A DNA stretch of 64,000 nt, taken from the IMG/VR virus record IMGVR_UViG_3300009873_000020, positions 1,387 to 65,386 of that record; one strand, written 5' to 3'. Below, in pieces: positions 28,893 to 38,241 of the stretch (positions are counted from its first letter, which is position 1; every line of letters begins with the position of its first letter). This DNA is from a virus. Taxonomy: Duplodnaviria > Caudoviricetes. The notes beneath the pieces are model-generated. The model saw nothing but the letters and a program-made list of their open reading frames with translations. It had not been told where the DNA came from and made no database searches. A program made the position numbers and the translations under genes.

Positions 28893-29189
28893 ATGAGCAA
28901 GAGACATTCGTGGCAATTAATTGAGGGTAGCAAAACGAAAAAATGTTGTCAGTGCGGGGCTATTAAATTCGCGAGGCCCGCAAGTTTTGAAAGAGGCGAC
29001 GGTGGGACACATCGGTTTTTTGAGTCCATCATCCGACTGCCTAATGGCAAGGAAGTGAGAGGTTATACCCCCGCATGTTCTGGGGTGTACCAACCGCAAC
29101 ATATAAAGCAAGGTCAATCAGCAGCTCCAACGAGCTGGCTGGAGGCTTACGATGAAGGCTATGCAGTGGAAGGCCCAAAGGGAATCTGA
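28893..29189 (+). CDS. Hypothetical protein with Cys motif
   Basis: SD GAGG; MSKRHSW..CCQC; ATG 28893. Confidence 0.55.
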   Translation: MSKRHSWQLIEGSKTKKCCQCGAIKFARPASFERGDGGTHRFFESIIRLPNGKEVRGYTPACSGVYQPQHIKQGQSAAPTSWLEAYDEGYAVEGPKGI

Positions 29190-29233
29190 CATTTTAACCA
29201 CACGCCGGGCGCGGCCCGGCTTTAGGAGGAACA

Positions 29234-29437
29234 ATGACACAGTGGACTGTAGTTGGAGAATGTCAGAATTGCGGCAGTCAGCATTATTGGCATCAAGAAA
29301 AAGAGCCAATGAGCGGCGGGACTTGGATTGGTTTGTGCGACAAGTGCAAAAGTAACACTTCACATTTTGTGCGCAACAAATACCCACGGGAGAAAGAGTA
29401 TCAACAGCCATTTTGCAATCGCTTTGGGCAATCTTAG
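29234..29437 (+). CDS. Small Zn-finger protein
   Basis: CQNC...CDKC; SD AGGAGG. Confidence 0.6.
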   Translation: MTQWTVVGECQNCGSQHYWHQEKEPMSGGTWIGLCDKCKSNTSHFVRNKYPREKEYQQPFCNRFGQS

Positions 29438-29444
29438 GAGACAC

Positions 29445-30068
29445 ATGAAAACAACTAAACCCCTACTGATCATCCTGTTCGCCGTTGTCTCAGCCCACGC
29501 CATCGCGGTCAGCACCGAGATCCTTGGCCACTGGCTCATCGCGCAGTACGCGGCGGCCTCGGCCTGGGCGAGCGAGAGCATCACGCGGCGTGAGGTGATC
29601 GAGGTGCCGGTGGAGCGTCAGAGCGAGACGACCGACGCCATGATCAAGCGGCTTGCGTTTCACCACAAGGTTCCGCCCTTGATGGTCAAGGCAATCGTGC
29701 TCCACGAGTCAGGGCCACAGATGCGGCCAGATCGAGTGAGGCATGAACCGCATCTGCTCAAGCGCTTCAGGAAGGAGGCGGGCATGAACGACATCGAGCA
29801 TCAGATGCTCGCAAGCTCATTCGGCCTCATGCAGGTTCTTTTTGGATTGCACCGAGAGGCGTGCGGATTGAAGAGTTTCGCCGACCTCTTGGACCGTGAG
29901 AAGAACCTCCACTGCGGCCTGGAGGTGCTGAGCAGGTGCCTCAAGCGGCAGACCGGCACGCAGTCCGAGAAGTGGAAAGGTGCGCTCGGTTGCTTCAACG
30001 GCGACCAGACGGGGCGGTATGCAGAGCAAATCATGAGCACGTTTGGGGAGTTGAGTTTAAATGGGTAA
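29445..30068 (+). CDS. Lytic transglycosylase (SLT/lysozyme-like) with N-terminal anchor
   Basis: AIVLHES, SSFGLMQV, NLHCGLEVL, ALGCFNG. Confidence 0.8.
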   Translation: MKTTKPLLIILFAVVSAHAIAVSTEILGHWLIAQYAAASAWASESITRREVIEVPVERQSETTDAMIKRLAFHHKVPPLMVKAIVLHESGPQMRPDRVRHEPHLLKRFRKEAGMNDIEHQMLASSFGLMQVLFGLHREACGLKSFADLLDREKNLHCGLEVLSRCLKRQTGTQSEKWKGALGCFNGDQTGRYAEQIMSTFGELSLNG

Positions 30069-30516
30069 GCAGTTGAGTTTAGAGGAGGGGGATGTGAACA
30101 AACGAGGCAGAAAGCAATTGGTTCGCTACCTGAACTGTGCTTATTGCGATAAGCGCTTCCTTGATAAAGGAGGCGCGAAGACATCGGACTTACGAACGGG
30201 AAAGATTAAACATGTCTTCTGCTGCTTTGAACATGCGATGTGGTTCAGAGCGGATCAGCGGGCAGATCAGAAATGCAAGCGGTGCAACAAAACGCGGGGA
30301 GAAATCAAATCTCCGTACATGGCTACAAACGTAACTGGGGTAACTTTCTGCAATGGCTACTGCCCGAAATGTTACGCCTTGTTGCATCAATACAAAGGTG
30401 ATGAGGATCTGTGCAGATTACACGAGGAAACTCAACGACTAAAAAAGGAGATATATGACAAGCAACAACGTGAAAAACACCTCAGACTTACGAAAGCTGC
30501 TACTAGAGACGATTGA
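30061..30516 (+). CDS. Cys-rich hypothetical protein
   Basis: Several CxxC motifs. Confidence 0.6.
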   Translation: MGKQLSLEEGDVNKRGRKQLVRYLNCAYCDKRFLDKGGAKTSDLRTGKIKHVFCCFEHAMWFRADQRADQKCKRCNKTRGEIKSPYMATNVTGVTFCNGYCPKCYALLHQYKGDEDLCRLHEETQRLKKEIYDKQQREKHLRLTKAATRDD

Positions 30517-30715
30517 AGGAGTTCGGAAAGGGAAGATCAGCCATCAGCAGGCGCAGGCTATTAGCGGGCTTAGTGCCCGTATATTGCAGTCTGCTCGGCT
30601 AGACCTAGACGTGATCCGTTACACGGCATCTGAAGCTGCGACCCACGGGGGTTCATCTACGTCTTTGCTCTCTGAACCCAGCGGACAAAGAAAGAAACGA
30701 CGTTTAGCTAATTAG
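30455..30715 (+). CDS. Hypothetical phage protein
   Basis: LR..L.E.I..V..G.....A.AI......I..SA.L helical pattern. Confidence 0.6.
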   Translation: MTSNNVKNTSDLRKLLLETIEGVRKGKISHQQAQAISGLSARILQSARLDLDVIRYTASEAATHGGSSTSLLSEPSGQRKKRRLAN

Positions 30716-30764
30716 AAATGCAATTCGATTGCCTAGAAGCATAGAACTGTACTAGTATTGTAGA

Positions 30765-31292
30765 ATGGCCTACGTAACGTTAATTGAAGCAGCTAAGATC
30801 GTGGATTGTTCAGTGAGCGGCTTACGCCATTTCATAAGAACCGGCCAACTCAAAGCTGTAATGATCCCATCTCCGAAACGGCTGGTTACTCACGTCTGCC
30901 CTTGGAGAGTCTATGAGCTAATAATGACCTTGCCCCCTTCAAGTCATATTGGACGAAAGAAACGGGCTCCCTCGCAGCGGAGGAATATCGAAAGCAAAGG
31001 ATACGTTCTGGTTCACAAGCCTGGCCACCCTCGCGCAATGCATGACGGGTATGTGTATGAGCACTGGCTCGTAATGGAAGAACATCTAGGACGATTTTTA
31101 AAGCCTCGGGAGGCGGTTCATCATAAGAACCGAGTTCGTAACGACAATCGAATTGAAAACCTCGTGTTGTTTGAAAGTCATCGTGTGCATATGAAGCAAG
31201 AGCATGCGACCGAGTACAGTCAGACCTGGCATAATTATTGGGATCGAATCGGCAAAGGACGGACAAGAGCGATAGCGAAAAAGAAGAAGTAA
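30765..31292 (+). CDS. HTH + HNH endonuclease
   Basis: YVTLIEAA N-terminal HTH; GYV.EH.LVME..LGR.L...E.VHH.N..R.DNR.ENL. Confidence 0.85.
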   Translation: MAYVTLIEAAKIVDCSVSGLRHFIRTGQLKAVMIPSPKRLVTHVCPWRVYELIMTLPPSSHIGRKKRAPSQRRNIESKGYVLVHKPGHPRAMHDGYVYEHWLVMEEHLGRFLKPREAVHHKNRVRNDNRIENLVLFESHRVHMKQEHATEYSQTWHNYWDRIGKGRTRAIAKKKK

Positions 31293-31323
31293 CAACCCAC
31301 AAGCGTTTTAGAGGCATAAACTA

Positions 31324-31527
31324 ATGGACAATATCAAGAGAGGCTATCGGATTGTCAGTGTCCCTTCATGGCAGGTTCAGAAGCTCTATGACGGTCAGTG
31401 GCGAACTGTCTATTACTGCAAGAACGAGGAGGCGGCGAACCGCCGATTAAGGTTGTGCTTAGAACGGCAACGAGCATGGAATAAACGAAAGGACAAGATT
31501 GCAGCTATTTTACGGAACCAACTGTAA
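31324..31527 (+). CDS. Hypothetical protein
   Basis: ORF in small-gene array. Confidence 0.5.
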   Translation: MDNIKRGYRIVSVPSWQVQKLYDGQWRTVYYCKNEEAANRRLRLCLERQRAWNKRKDKIAAILRNQL

Positions 31528-31584
31528 GGCGTTTTAGAGGCATAAGCTCCGGGCGTTCAAGCGCGGGGCGAAGAGGGAGGAGAT

Positions 31585-31821
31585 ATGAAAAGACCATTTT
31601 ACTGCGGCAGCCAATTTGGTGACTGGAAAGCTCGCAACTGCGACAGATGCGTAAAAGGCTATGACATTAACTGGCATTGCGAGCTGGAACAAGCTCTTGA
31701 TGACGCCTACATGGATGTTGGTCAGGTCAACGAAGGTGTATATCACCGTATCGGAGCAGATGAGAACAAGCTAGCAAACACATGGGATTGTCCAGAACGA
31801 GAACTAAAGGAGCAACCATGA
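31585..31821 (+). CDS. Cys-rich hypothetical protein
   Basis: SD GGAGGAG; CDRC. Confidence 0.6.
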   Translation: MKRPFYCGSQFGDWKARNCDRCVKGYDINWHCELEQALDDAYMDVGQVNEGVYHRIGADENKLANTWDCPERELKEQP

Positions 31822-32081
31822 GCGACTTAGGCGACCTATTCAGAGAGTGGAAAAAGGAGAGCCAGGCAAAGAAGGCCAGCAACGCAGAGCAGTCTTTAGC
31901 ATGGCTAGAGCGAATGCAGATACCGTTTAAGGTGCTTAGCTACAACAATCACCACACGCTCGTTGCTGACCGCATCGACTTCTGGCCTTCAACCGGCAAG
32001 TGGCGAGAGCGTGGGACGGGACGGCAAGGAAGAGGGGTAAGGCGGTTGATGGATTATTTGAAACGACAGGACCAACCATGA
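31818..32081 (+). CDS. Hypothetical phage protein
   Basis: DFWPSTGKW motif; SD AAGGAG. Confidence 0.7.
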   Translation: MSDLGDLFREWKKESQAKKASNAEQSLAWLERMQIPFKVLSYNNHHTLVADRIDFWPSTGKWRERGTGRQGRGVRRLMDYLKRQDQP

Positions 32082-32410
32082 AACTGAAAGAGATCACAAA
32101 CACTGACGGCCCGGACCACTGGCGCACTGGTGAGTGTGCAATCTGCGAAGCGAAGAACGTAAAGATCGCTCGCTTTACCTGGCTTACTGGCCTTGATGCC
32201 GATGCCTGCTATCCGTGTCTCTGTGAGTGGTACGACGGATGTAACGATACTAAAGAAATCCGGCGTCGATCTCTCAAAGCTCAAGGGCGCGTTTTGGAAG
32301 TCAGCATAGAGCAGCTTGAAGAAATCTGTTTCGCTGGCTGGCAAGGTTATAAAGAGGGTCTTACCTTTGCAGAAGTTTGGGATCGATTAAAACTAAAGGA
32401 GCAACCATGA
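32078..32410 (+). CDS. Hypothetical protein (Cys pairs)
   Basis: ATGA coupling; CAIC, CYPC. Confidence 0.6.
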   Translation: MKLKEITNTDGPDHWRTGECAICEAKNVKIARFTWLTGLDADACYPCLCEWYDGCNDTKEIRRRSLKAQGRVLEVSIEQLEEICFAGWQGYKEGLTFAEVWDRLKLKEQP

Positions 32411-32613
32411 CACTAGACGAAATGGCCGAAGAGGTGTTTCGAGCGTACAAGAAAATCGAGCAAGCAATGCCAGCCGAGTACGATGTGCTCTGGCGTTGGA
32501 GCCGCTCGCTCATGAACGTGATTGATAACTACGCCCGCCAAATCGACAGCCTGCGCGCTAGGGTCGCAAGGCTTGAGGAGGAGGTGGCGAGAGGGAAGGG
32601 GTGGGATGCGTGA
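32407..32613 (+). CDS. Hypothetical protein (coiled-coil tail)
   Basis: ATGA coupling, SD AAGGAG. Confidence 0.6.
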   Translation: MTLDEMAEEVFRAYKKIEQAMPAEYDVLWRWSRSLMNVIDNYARQIDSLRARVARLEEEVARGKGWDA

Positions 32614-32652
32614 TCGACAAAGCAGTGAACCAACAATCGGAGGAAAACAACA

Positions 32653-32835
32653 ATGGAGATGGAGCTAGCAGTGTCAGACAACCAGATGTGGCGCTTGATC
32701 ACAGCAGTAATTCACACTCTGGACACAAAGCAGTTGACCCCAAGGGAACGGACGGAGCTTAAGGAAGTTTATGAACTGGTGCGTCGGTGCTGGCTGACGC
32801 CAACGAAGGAGGAATATGAGAGCAATACATTGTGA
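32653..32835 (+). CDS. Hypothetical protein
   Basis: SD GGAGG. Confidence 0.5.
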   Translation: MEMELAVSDNQMWRLITAVIHTLDTKQLTPRERTELKEVYELVRRCWLTPTKEEYESNTL

Positions 32836-33061
32836 AGCATGTGCCATAAGACACGAAACTATTTTTAAGAACTGTCCCGCAACACCTGAAGATCCCGCTA
32901 AATTCGTTCGACGGACTGACGGCGATTCTACGGTCTTCACTCTTTGTGATAGTTGTAACGACCAGATCAAGCCAGGAGATAAGATTACTGCCTGGAGCAT
33001 GTGGCTCGAAGGACGCGACATCGCTATTTGGGAGCATGAGTACTTGAGGATGGCCATATGA
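32816..33061 (+). CDS. Zn-finger hypothetical protein
   Basis: CEAC...CDSC; SD GGAGG. Confidence 0.6.
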   Translation: MRAIHCEACAIRHETIFKNCPATPEDPAKFVRRTDGDSTVFTLCDSCNDQIKPGDKITAWSMWLEGRDIAIWEHEYLRMAI

Positions 33062-33321
33062 ACGACACCATCACCCGAGCCGAGGCCGACCTTGCCATCA
33101 AGAAGGTGCTGGCGGTTGCCCGCGAGCTAAAGCAGTACGACGCAGAGCAGCCCCGCACCAGGCTGTACTTCAACCAGCTTGCACAGAAGATGAGCTGGCC
33201 TGAGTACAACGCGGCAGTGAACCATTTGATCAAACGCGGCCTTGTAACCGAGCGCTCGTATCGGCTCAAATGGGTTGGGACACACGCGCAGTATGGAGCG
33301 CTGTTGGAGGAGAAGCTATGA
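33058..33321 (+). CDS. Hypothetical protein (possible winged helix)
   Basis: ATGA coupling; LIKRGLV. Confidence 0.55.
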   Translation: MNDTITRAEADLAIKKVLAVARELKQYDAEQPRTRLYFNQLAQKMSWPEYNAAVNHLIKRGLVTERSYRLKWVGTHAQYGALLEEKL

Positions 33322-33554
33322 GCAACATGCATCAGGACCGGCGTGACGATCTAAACGACCTGGCCACTTTCACCGACAACCTGCTGGTCAGCCTCTTGTC
33401 GCAGAGCTTGAAGGACGCGATTGATGACTGCCTGAACAAGGGCGGCGATCCCGCCGAGATATGGAAGCGCATCGACCACGCTTCGCCCGAGGCTCCTTTG
33501 ACGCGCCGGGCGTGTGAGGTGTTTTTAGAGCGGCGGTTGAAGGGGAAAGGGTGA
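33318..33554 (+). CDS. Hypothetical protein
   Basis: SD GGAGGAG; ATG 33318. Confidence 0.55.
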   Translation: MSNMHQDRRDDLNDLATFTDNLLVSLLSQSLKDAIDDCLNKGGDPAEIWKRIDHASPEAPLTRRACEVFLERRLKGKG

Positions 33555-33615
33555 ATAAAGACTACATTTGTTTATGGCTGAGGTGACTGACAAACCTTCG
33601 GCGCGAAAGCGCAAC

Positions 33616-33852
33616 ATGAAAAATAAGCTAATCGATTTGAACAACCACCTCTTTGCGCAACTAGAGCGGTTATCGGATGAGGACATGACAGGCGAGAAGC
33701 TCGCCGAAGAAATGGAGCGGTCCAAGGCCATAGCCATCGTCGCTCGCAACATCATCGACAACGCCCGCCTGGCTCTCGATGCGCAAGAAGCGCTCGGCTA
33801 CACCGCAGGCAAACTCCCCGCCATGATCGGGATTGAGACCGAAGATGAGTAA
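33616..33852 (+). CDS. Conserved phage protein usually paired with a downstream HNH
   Basis: MKNKLIDLNNHLFAQLERL.DED...E.L.EE..R.KAI. Confidence 0.8.
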   Translation: MKNKLIDLNNHLFAQLERLSDEDMTGEKLAEEMERSKAIAIVARNIIDNARLALDAQEALGYTAGKLPAMIGIETEDE

Positions 33853-34510
33853 GCGGAGGGGAAGGCCCCCTGGAATACACACGCCCCGCCGGATCTACAC
33901 GCCGGAACAAGTTCGGTTTCTTAAAGCCAACTACAAGGGCCGCAGTCGTGCGGAACTTGCCAGGATCTTTGTCGAGCATTTTCGCCTACCTATGACAGAA
34001 AAGCAGGTGAAAACGTTTCTGAAAAACCGCGGACTAAAGGCCGGGCTCACCGGGCGCTTCAGTGACGGGCATACACCGTGGAACAAAGGAAAGACCGGCT
34101 ATATGGGGCCGAACGCCACGAGCTTCAAAAAAGGCAACTTGCCCCACAACCACCGACCGCTCTGGTTTGAGAGGGTGGACAAGGACGGTTACATCACCAT
34201 GTCCGTTCCCGAGCCGAATCCTTATACGGGCTTCCCGACCCGGTTCAAATTAAAGCACGTCTGGCTCTGGGAAGAGGCGCACGGCCCGAAGCCCAAGGGG
34301 ACCACAGTGATTTTCCGGGACGGCAACAACCGCAACTTCGATCTAGACAATCTGCTGTTGGTCACCAGGGCCGAGCTTCTGGCGATGAACTTGCACGACT
34401 ACAAGAATCAACCCGAGGAACTGAAAGCATCGGTCCTGGCTCTAGCAAGGGTCGAGGTGAAGGCGGGCATTAGAACCCGCCCCGCCCGTGGCAGGCAAAG
34501 ACGCCCGTAA
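33845..34510 (+). CDS. HNH endonuclease
   Basis: F.KG..PWNKG, KHVWLWEE.HGP.PKG..VIF.DGN..N..LDNL.LV.R.ELL.MN. Confidence 0.88.
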   Translation: MSKRRGRPPGIHTPRRIYTPEQVRFLKANYKGRSRAELARIFVEHFRLPMTEKQVKTFLKNRGLKAGLTGRFSDGHTPWNKGKTGYMGPNATSFKKGNLPHNHRPLWFERVDKDGYITMSVPEPNPYTGFPTRFKLKHVWLWEEAHGPKPKGTTVIFRDGNNRNFDLDNLLLVTRAELLAMNLHDYKNQPEELKASVLALARVEVKAGIRTRPARGRQRRP

Positions 34511-34687
34511 CAGTCTCGCCTTCGGCGAGTGCGTATTGCCGAGCGGTCACGCTGCGCGTGTCGTATCATCGTTTGCCTTTCGTCAAAAGTGGGTTTCAAG
34601 GGGGGCTAGCGCCTATGAACCCCCTTGAAACCCACTTCCGCCGAAACAGCGGTGGTGGGGTAAAGGGACTAAACTTCGGAGGCATAT

Positions 34688-35470
34688 ATGACAATCGACC
34701 TAAACAACTTCAACGCAGTAACGAACGAACACGGACGGCACCCGGAAAAGACTAGCGAAAAATACCGCTTCATCCCGACCACCAGAGCATTAACGGTGCT
34801 GGCTGATTACGGCTGGTTTCCCTCCATCGTAAGACAAGCAAACGTATTGGACCCGGCAAATCGGGGCTATCAGCGCCACTTGATCCGCTTGAGAAACCGC
34901 GAGTTTGAACGGAGCTTTGCGGCCAAAGGAGCACAGCCAGAGATTACGCTGGTTAATTCTCACCGGGGCGATAGCTCGCACTGGTTTTATTCCGGCATGA
35001 CGGAGCTTGTCTGCATGAACGCTCTTTTAGCCGATGGCACGTCCGCCATGGTGCAGCGTGTGCCGCATATCGGCTACACGGATCAGAAAGTGGAGGCGGC
35101 TATCAAGAGCGTTATCAACTATTTCGAGCCCGCCTTTGCTGCCCGTGAACGGTGGATGAGTCTGACGATTCAGGAAGCGGATCGGATCGCCTACGCTGAG
35201 GCGGCGGCCTTACTCCGGTGGGGAAAGGAGGACGGGCCGAAAGTGGAGCCACGGGACTTATTGACGCTTCGGCACCCGGAGCAGGCGGCCCCGACACTCT
35301 GGAACACCTACAACACGGTGCAGGAGGCGATCATCAAGGGCGGCACGCCGCTGGTGCTGTCAAACGGAACGCGCAGCACGTCGCGCCGGATGAATAATCT
35401 ACGCGACGAGGTGCGGTTCAATCAAAAGCTCTGGCAGTTGGCCGAAAGCCTGGAAGCCCGAGTGCAGTAA
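34688..35470 (+). CDS. DUF932/DUF945-family protein
   Basis: SEKY.FIPT, H.IRLR, L.NSH.G.SS, C.N.L, LW.T.N.VQE.II.GG, N..LW.LA. Confidence 0.88.
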   Translation: MTIDLNNFNAVTNEHGRHPEKTSEKYRFIPTTRALTVLADYGWFPSIVRQANVLDPANRGYQRHLIRLRNREFERSFAAKGAQPEITLVNSHRGDSSHWFYSGMTELVCMNALLADGTSAMVQRVPHIGYTDQKVEAAIKSVINYFEPAFAARERWMSLTIQEADRIAYAEAAALLRWGKEDGPKVEPRDLLTLRHPEQAAPTLWNTYNTVQEAIIKGGTPLVLSNGTRSTSRRMNNLRDEVRFNQKLWQLAESLEARVQ

Positions 35471-35566
35471 GAAGAGATTTTCAGAACGAAACCACCTGCC
35501 GGGGAGTTGGCCCGGCAGTTGGTCAGCGGTAGTTGGTCCGGCAGTTAGTCGAGTTGCTCGAAAAAA

Positions 35567-35608
35567 CAAGGGCCAGGAGGGGCTTTATGGCGGCCTTCCT
35601 GGCCCTTG
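35567..35608. terminator. Hairpin between convergent genes
   Basis: CAAGGGCCAGGA / TCCTGGCCCTTG stem, A run on left side. Confidence 0.6.
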
Positions 35609-35622
35609 ACGAGGGCAAGGCG

Positions 35623-36153
35623 CTACTTCCTGCCGGTGAACTCATCCAGCGCCTCTAGGTAGTCCTTCAAACGCTCCACTCCGCCAGCGGCCTTGGCGAG
35701 CCTGTCGAGACGTTCCACCAGATCTTTCGCGTCGTCCAGCGTCAGATCCTCCCTGTTCAGGACTCCCTGGACCTCCCGCATACCGTTGATGGTCAGAGGG
35801 GCATCTTCGCTGTTGTTCACGGACGCGGCCCCGCTGCTGGTGGATCTGGGCTTTCGGGGGGTGCCGCTCTCGCCCTTGAACTTCGTGTTGTAGCTGCTGA
35901 CAGTCGGGACGCTCGTTGGGATGCCGGTTCGTCGCTCGTACTCCTTGGCCACTTCAGTAAAGTTCAGCTCAGGCATCTCGGTAAAGATGGCGTTCATCAC
36001 ATCGACGTTGACCTTGTTGCGTATCCTCTTACCATCGGGCTCGTTCACTGAGGTTGCCTCCACGACAGCGGGCGGCGGTGATTCTTGATCGAGCTGCCGC
36101 ACGGGCTCCTCGAACGGCTCAGGCTCCGGTTCCGCTTTTTTCTTCCTCGCCAC
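35623..36153 (-). CDS. Hypothetical protein
   Basis: SD GGAGG, GTG 36153. Confidence 0.65.
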   Translation of the reverse strand: MARKKKAEPEPEPFEEPVRQLDQESPPPAVVEATSVNEPDGKRIRNKVNVDVMNAIFTEMPELNFTEVAKEYERRTGIPTSVPTVSSYNTKFKGESGTPRKPRSTSSGAASVNNSEDAPLTINGMREVQGVLNREDLTLDDAKDLVERLDRLAKAAGGVERLKDYLEALDEFTGRK

Positions 36154-36229
36154 GGCGCACCTCCAGGCGGTAGGGTGTGGGAACGTACCTTTATGTACTT
36201 TAGCCTGTGTCGCCAAGAAGAGAAGATCA

Positions 36230-36817
36230 ATGACGCCAAAATCTTTACTTTACCTCTTGGCCTGGCAGGTAAAGCTTGCGACTTACGAGCAAGCAGCAAG
36301 CATCCTGAAGCGCTCGGTCGATGCGACACGAAAGCTTGCCTACCGGCTCGAGCGCGAGGGAAAGGTGCAGCTTAACACCGTCATGGCCTACCCGCTCCCA
36401 AAACTTTCCGGCCCGCTATTCACCTGGCGGCCAGGGCGACGGGTGACGGACCAGGAGATCGAGGCCGTGGTGTCGCTCCTCAAAAACCGCTTCGCGGGCA
36501 AGCGCCTCATCCCGACCCGCGTGATCCAGGCGACGGAACGGGGCGCGGCGACAGTCGGCGGCTGCACAAAAACGGTACGGCTTGCCGAAGTGCCGCACGA
36601 TCTCCTCCTGCCGCAAGCCATGACGGTGATGGCTCGGGCCGAAGAGTTGATCGGCGAGGCCGTCTTGAAGCGGGACATGGGGTTTGCGGGCGAGCTGGTC
36701 GATGCCCTGCGCGGCAACGTGGCGGTGGAGATCGGCGGCACGAGTTACCGGGCCGACGACATCCGGGCGCTCATGGATTGGTGTACAGCAGCGCGTTACG
36801 GCCTGGAAATCTGGTAG
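36230..36817 (+). CDS. Winged-helix protein, possibly replication-relaxation family
   Basis: N-terminal wHTH pattern (LAT.EQ...ATRKLA.RL...G); central HD; C-terminal DAL...VAVEIGG nuclease-like. Confidence 0.45.
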   Translation: MTPKSLLYLLAWQVKLATYEQAASILKRSVDATRKLAYRLEREGKVQLNTVMAYPLPKLSGPLFTWRPGRRVTDQEIEAVVSLLKNRFAGKRLIPTRVIQATERGAATVGGCTKTVRLAEVPHDLLLPQAMTVMARAEELIGEAVLKRDMGFAGELVDALRGNVAVEIGGTSYRADDIRALMDWCTAARYGLEIW

Positions 36818-36851
36818 CCGGGCCGATAAGATAGGGGGCGGGAGGCCGTGT

Positions 36852-37307
36852 ATGGCAAAGAAACCAGATCGTGACCAGCAGGCGCCCGAGCGGTTTGAGT
36901 CGTCCTTGGACGATCTCGACCTTGGGGATCTAAGCCTGGCGGACGACACCCCGCCGCCCGATCCTAAGACGGACTTTTCGGCCTTCAAGGCGGAAATCAA
37001 CTGGGTCAGAGAGGATTTGCTTCAGGCCCACCAACCCGTTCGAACCTACTTCCAAGACTACCTGAACATGCTGGAGGGCACGAAATACCCCACCCCCGAG
37101 GAAAACGTCGAGTTCGTTCACATCGTCCAGGAGCTTGCCGAAACATTCGGCGTGGCGCTTTATTATCCACTGGAGGACGGCTCACGAGTTGAGGTCAAAG
37201 TTCGCTTCACCCCCGACAACCGCTTTCAGTTCCGCACAGCCGGCCCCAATCGTCAGTTCGTCGCTGTCTGCCCCACCTGGCCACTTCTGTACGCCAGTTC
37301 ACATTAG
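36852..37307 (+). CDS. Hypothetical protein
   Basis: SD GGAGG, ATG 36852. Confidence 0.6.
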   Translation: MAKKPDRDQQAPERFESSLDDLDLGDLSLADDTPPPDPKTDFSAFKAEINWVREDLLQAHQPVRTYFQDYLNMLEGTKYPTPEENVEFVHIVQELAETFGVALYYPLEDGSRVEVKVRFTPDNRFQFRTAGPNRQFVAVCPTWPLLYASSH

Positions 37308-37494
37308 TTTAATTTTCCGTTTTTCCCGATTTTCCTCTTGAAGCCCCCCTCCCGCCAAGGGTAGTCTTTACTGGTCCCACCGTGGGACCAGTAACCGCCC
37401 GCCCCACGTAACTCCTGTTCCGCAGTCCGTTTCCGCATTCCGTACCTCACACCCGCTCACGGTGCGCGCCCGCGAGAAAGGAGAAGGTCCGCTC

Positions 37495-38241
37495 ATGGTC
37501 AAACGCATCCCGCTGGCAGAGGCGCTCGGCTACCTGGCGCTCGATACGGACGCCCGCCAGTACCGCAACGAGGCCGCCATCGTGCGGCTCATGAACCTGC
37601 TGGAGCGCCACGGACAGCTCGAAACCGTCAAGCTCTGCGATGCACTGAAGGAGGTGGTGGACGGCACCTCGCGGCTGCTCGCCATGCAGCGGCTCGGCTG
37701 GACGAGTGTGCTGGTCGAGTTCGTCGAGGTGAAGGACCAGGCCGACAAGCTCACCAAGGGAGTTGTGGTCAACACCTCCCAGACCAAACTCTCGCCGCTC
37801 GACGTGGGCCGGGCCGCGCATCTGAAACACCAGCAGGGGATGCCGCTCGACAAGATCGCCGCCGAGTTCGGCCTGAACGCGAGCGACGTGTCGAAGCTCG
37901 TCACGATCTGGAACGGATTCCCCGAGGAGCACCGGGGGCTCCTGCACGACGGCACTCTCGGGATCGGCGTGGCTTACGAGATCAGCCGCCTGTCGCTCCG
38001 GCCCGAACAGCAAAACGAGCTGATCGAGGCCGCCAAGGCGGGCATGAAGGGGGCCGAGATCACCCAGGAGGTCAAGCGGCGTCTGGCCAAGGTCAAGCCC
38101 GCCAAAAAGCCGGCGGAACAGGAACGCTTCGTCATCAAGGACAAGGGGATCGTGATCACCTTCTCCGTCGCCCACAACATCACGCTCGAACACCTCCTCC
38201 TGGTCGTCACGAGCGAACTAAAGGAGCGCTACAAAAAATGA
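37495..38241 (+). CDS. ParB-like protein
   Basis: HGQLE.V, VVDG.SRL.A...LG, N.....LSPLD..RA, HTH-like IA.EFG...S.VS. Confidence 0.8.
   Translation: MVKRIPLAEALGYLALDTDARQYRNEAAIVRLMNLLERHGQLETVKLCDALKEVVDGTSRLLAMQRLGWTSVLVEFVEVKDQADKLTKGVVVNTSQTKLSPLDVGRAAHLKHQQGMPLDKIAAEFGLNASDVSKLVTIWNGFPEEHRGLLHDGTLGIGVAYEISRLSLRPEQQNELIEAAKAGMKGAEITQEVKRRLAKVKPAKKPAEQERFVIKDKGIVITFSVAHNITLEHLLLVVTSELKERYKK

Noticed and set aside
35470-35620. Second att copy delimiting an integrated island
   Set aside because: No tRNA-Phe-derived sequence found here or elsewhere by eye.
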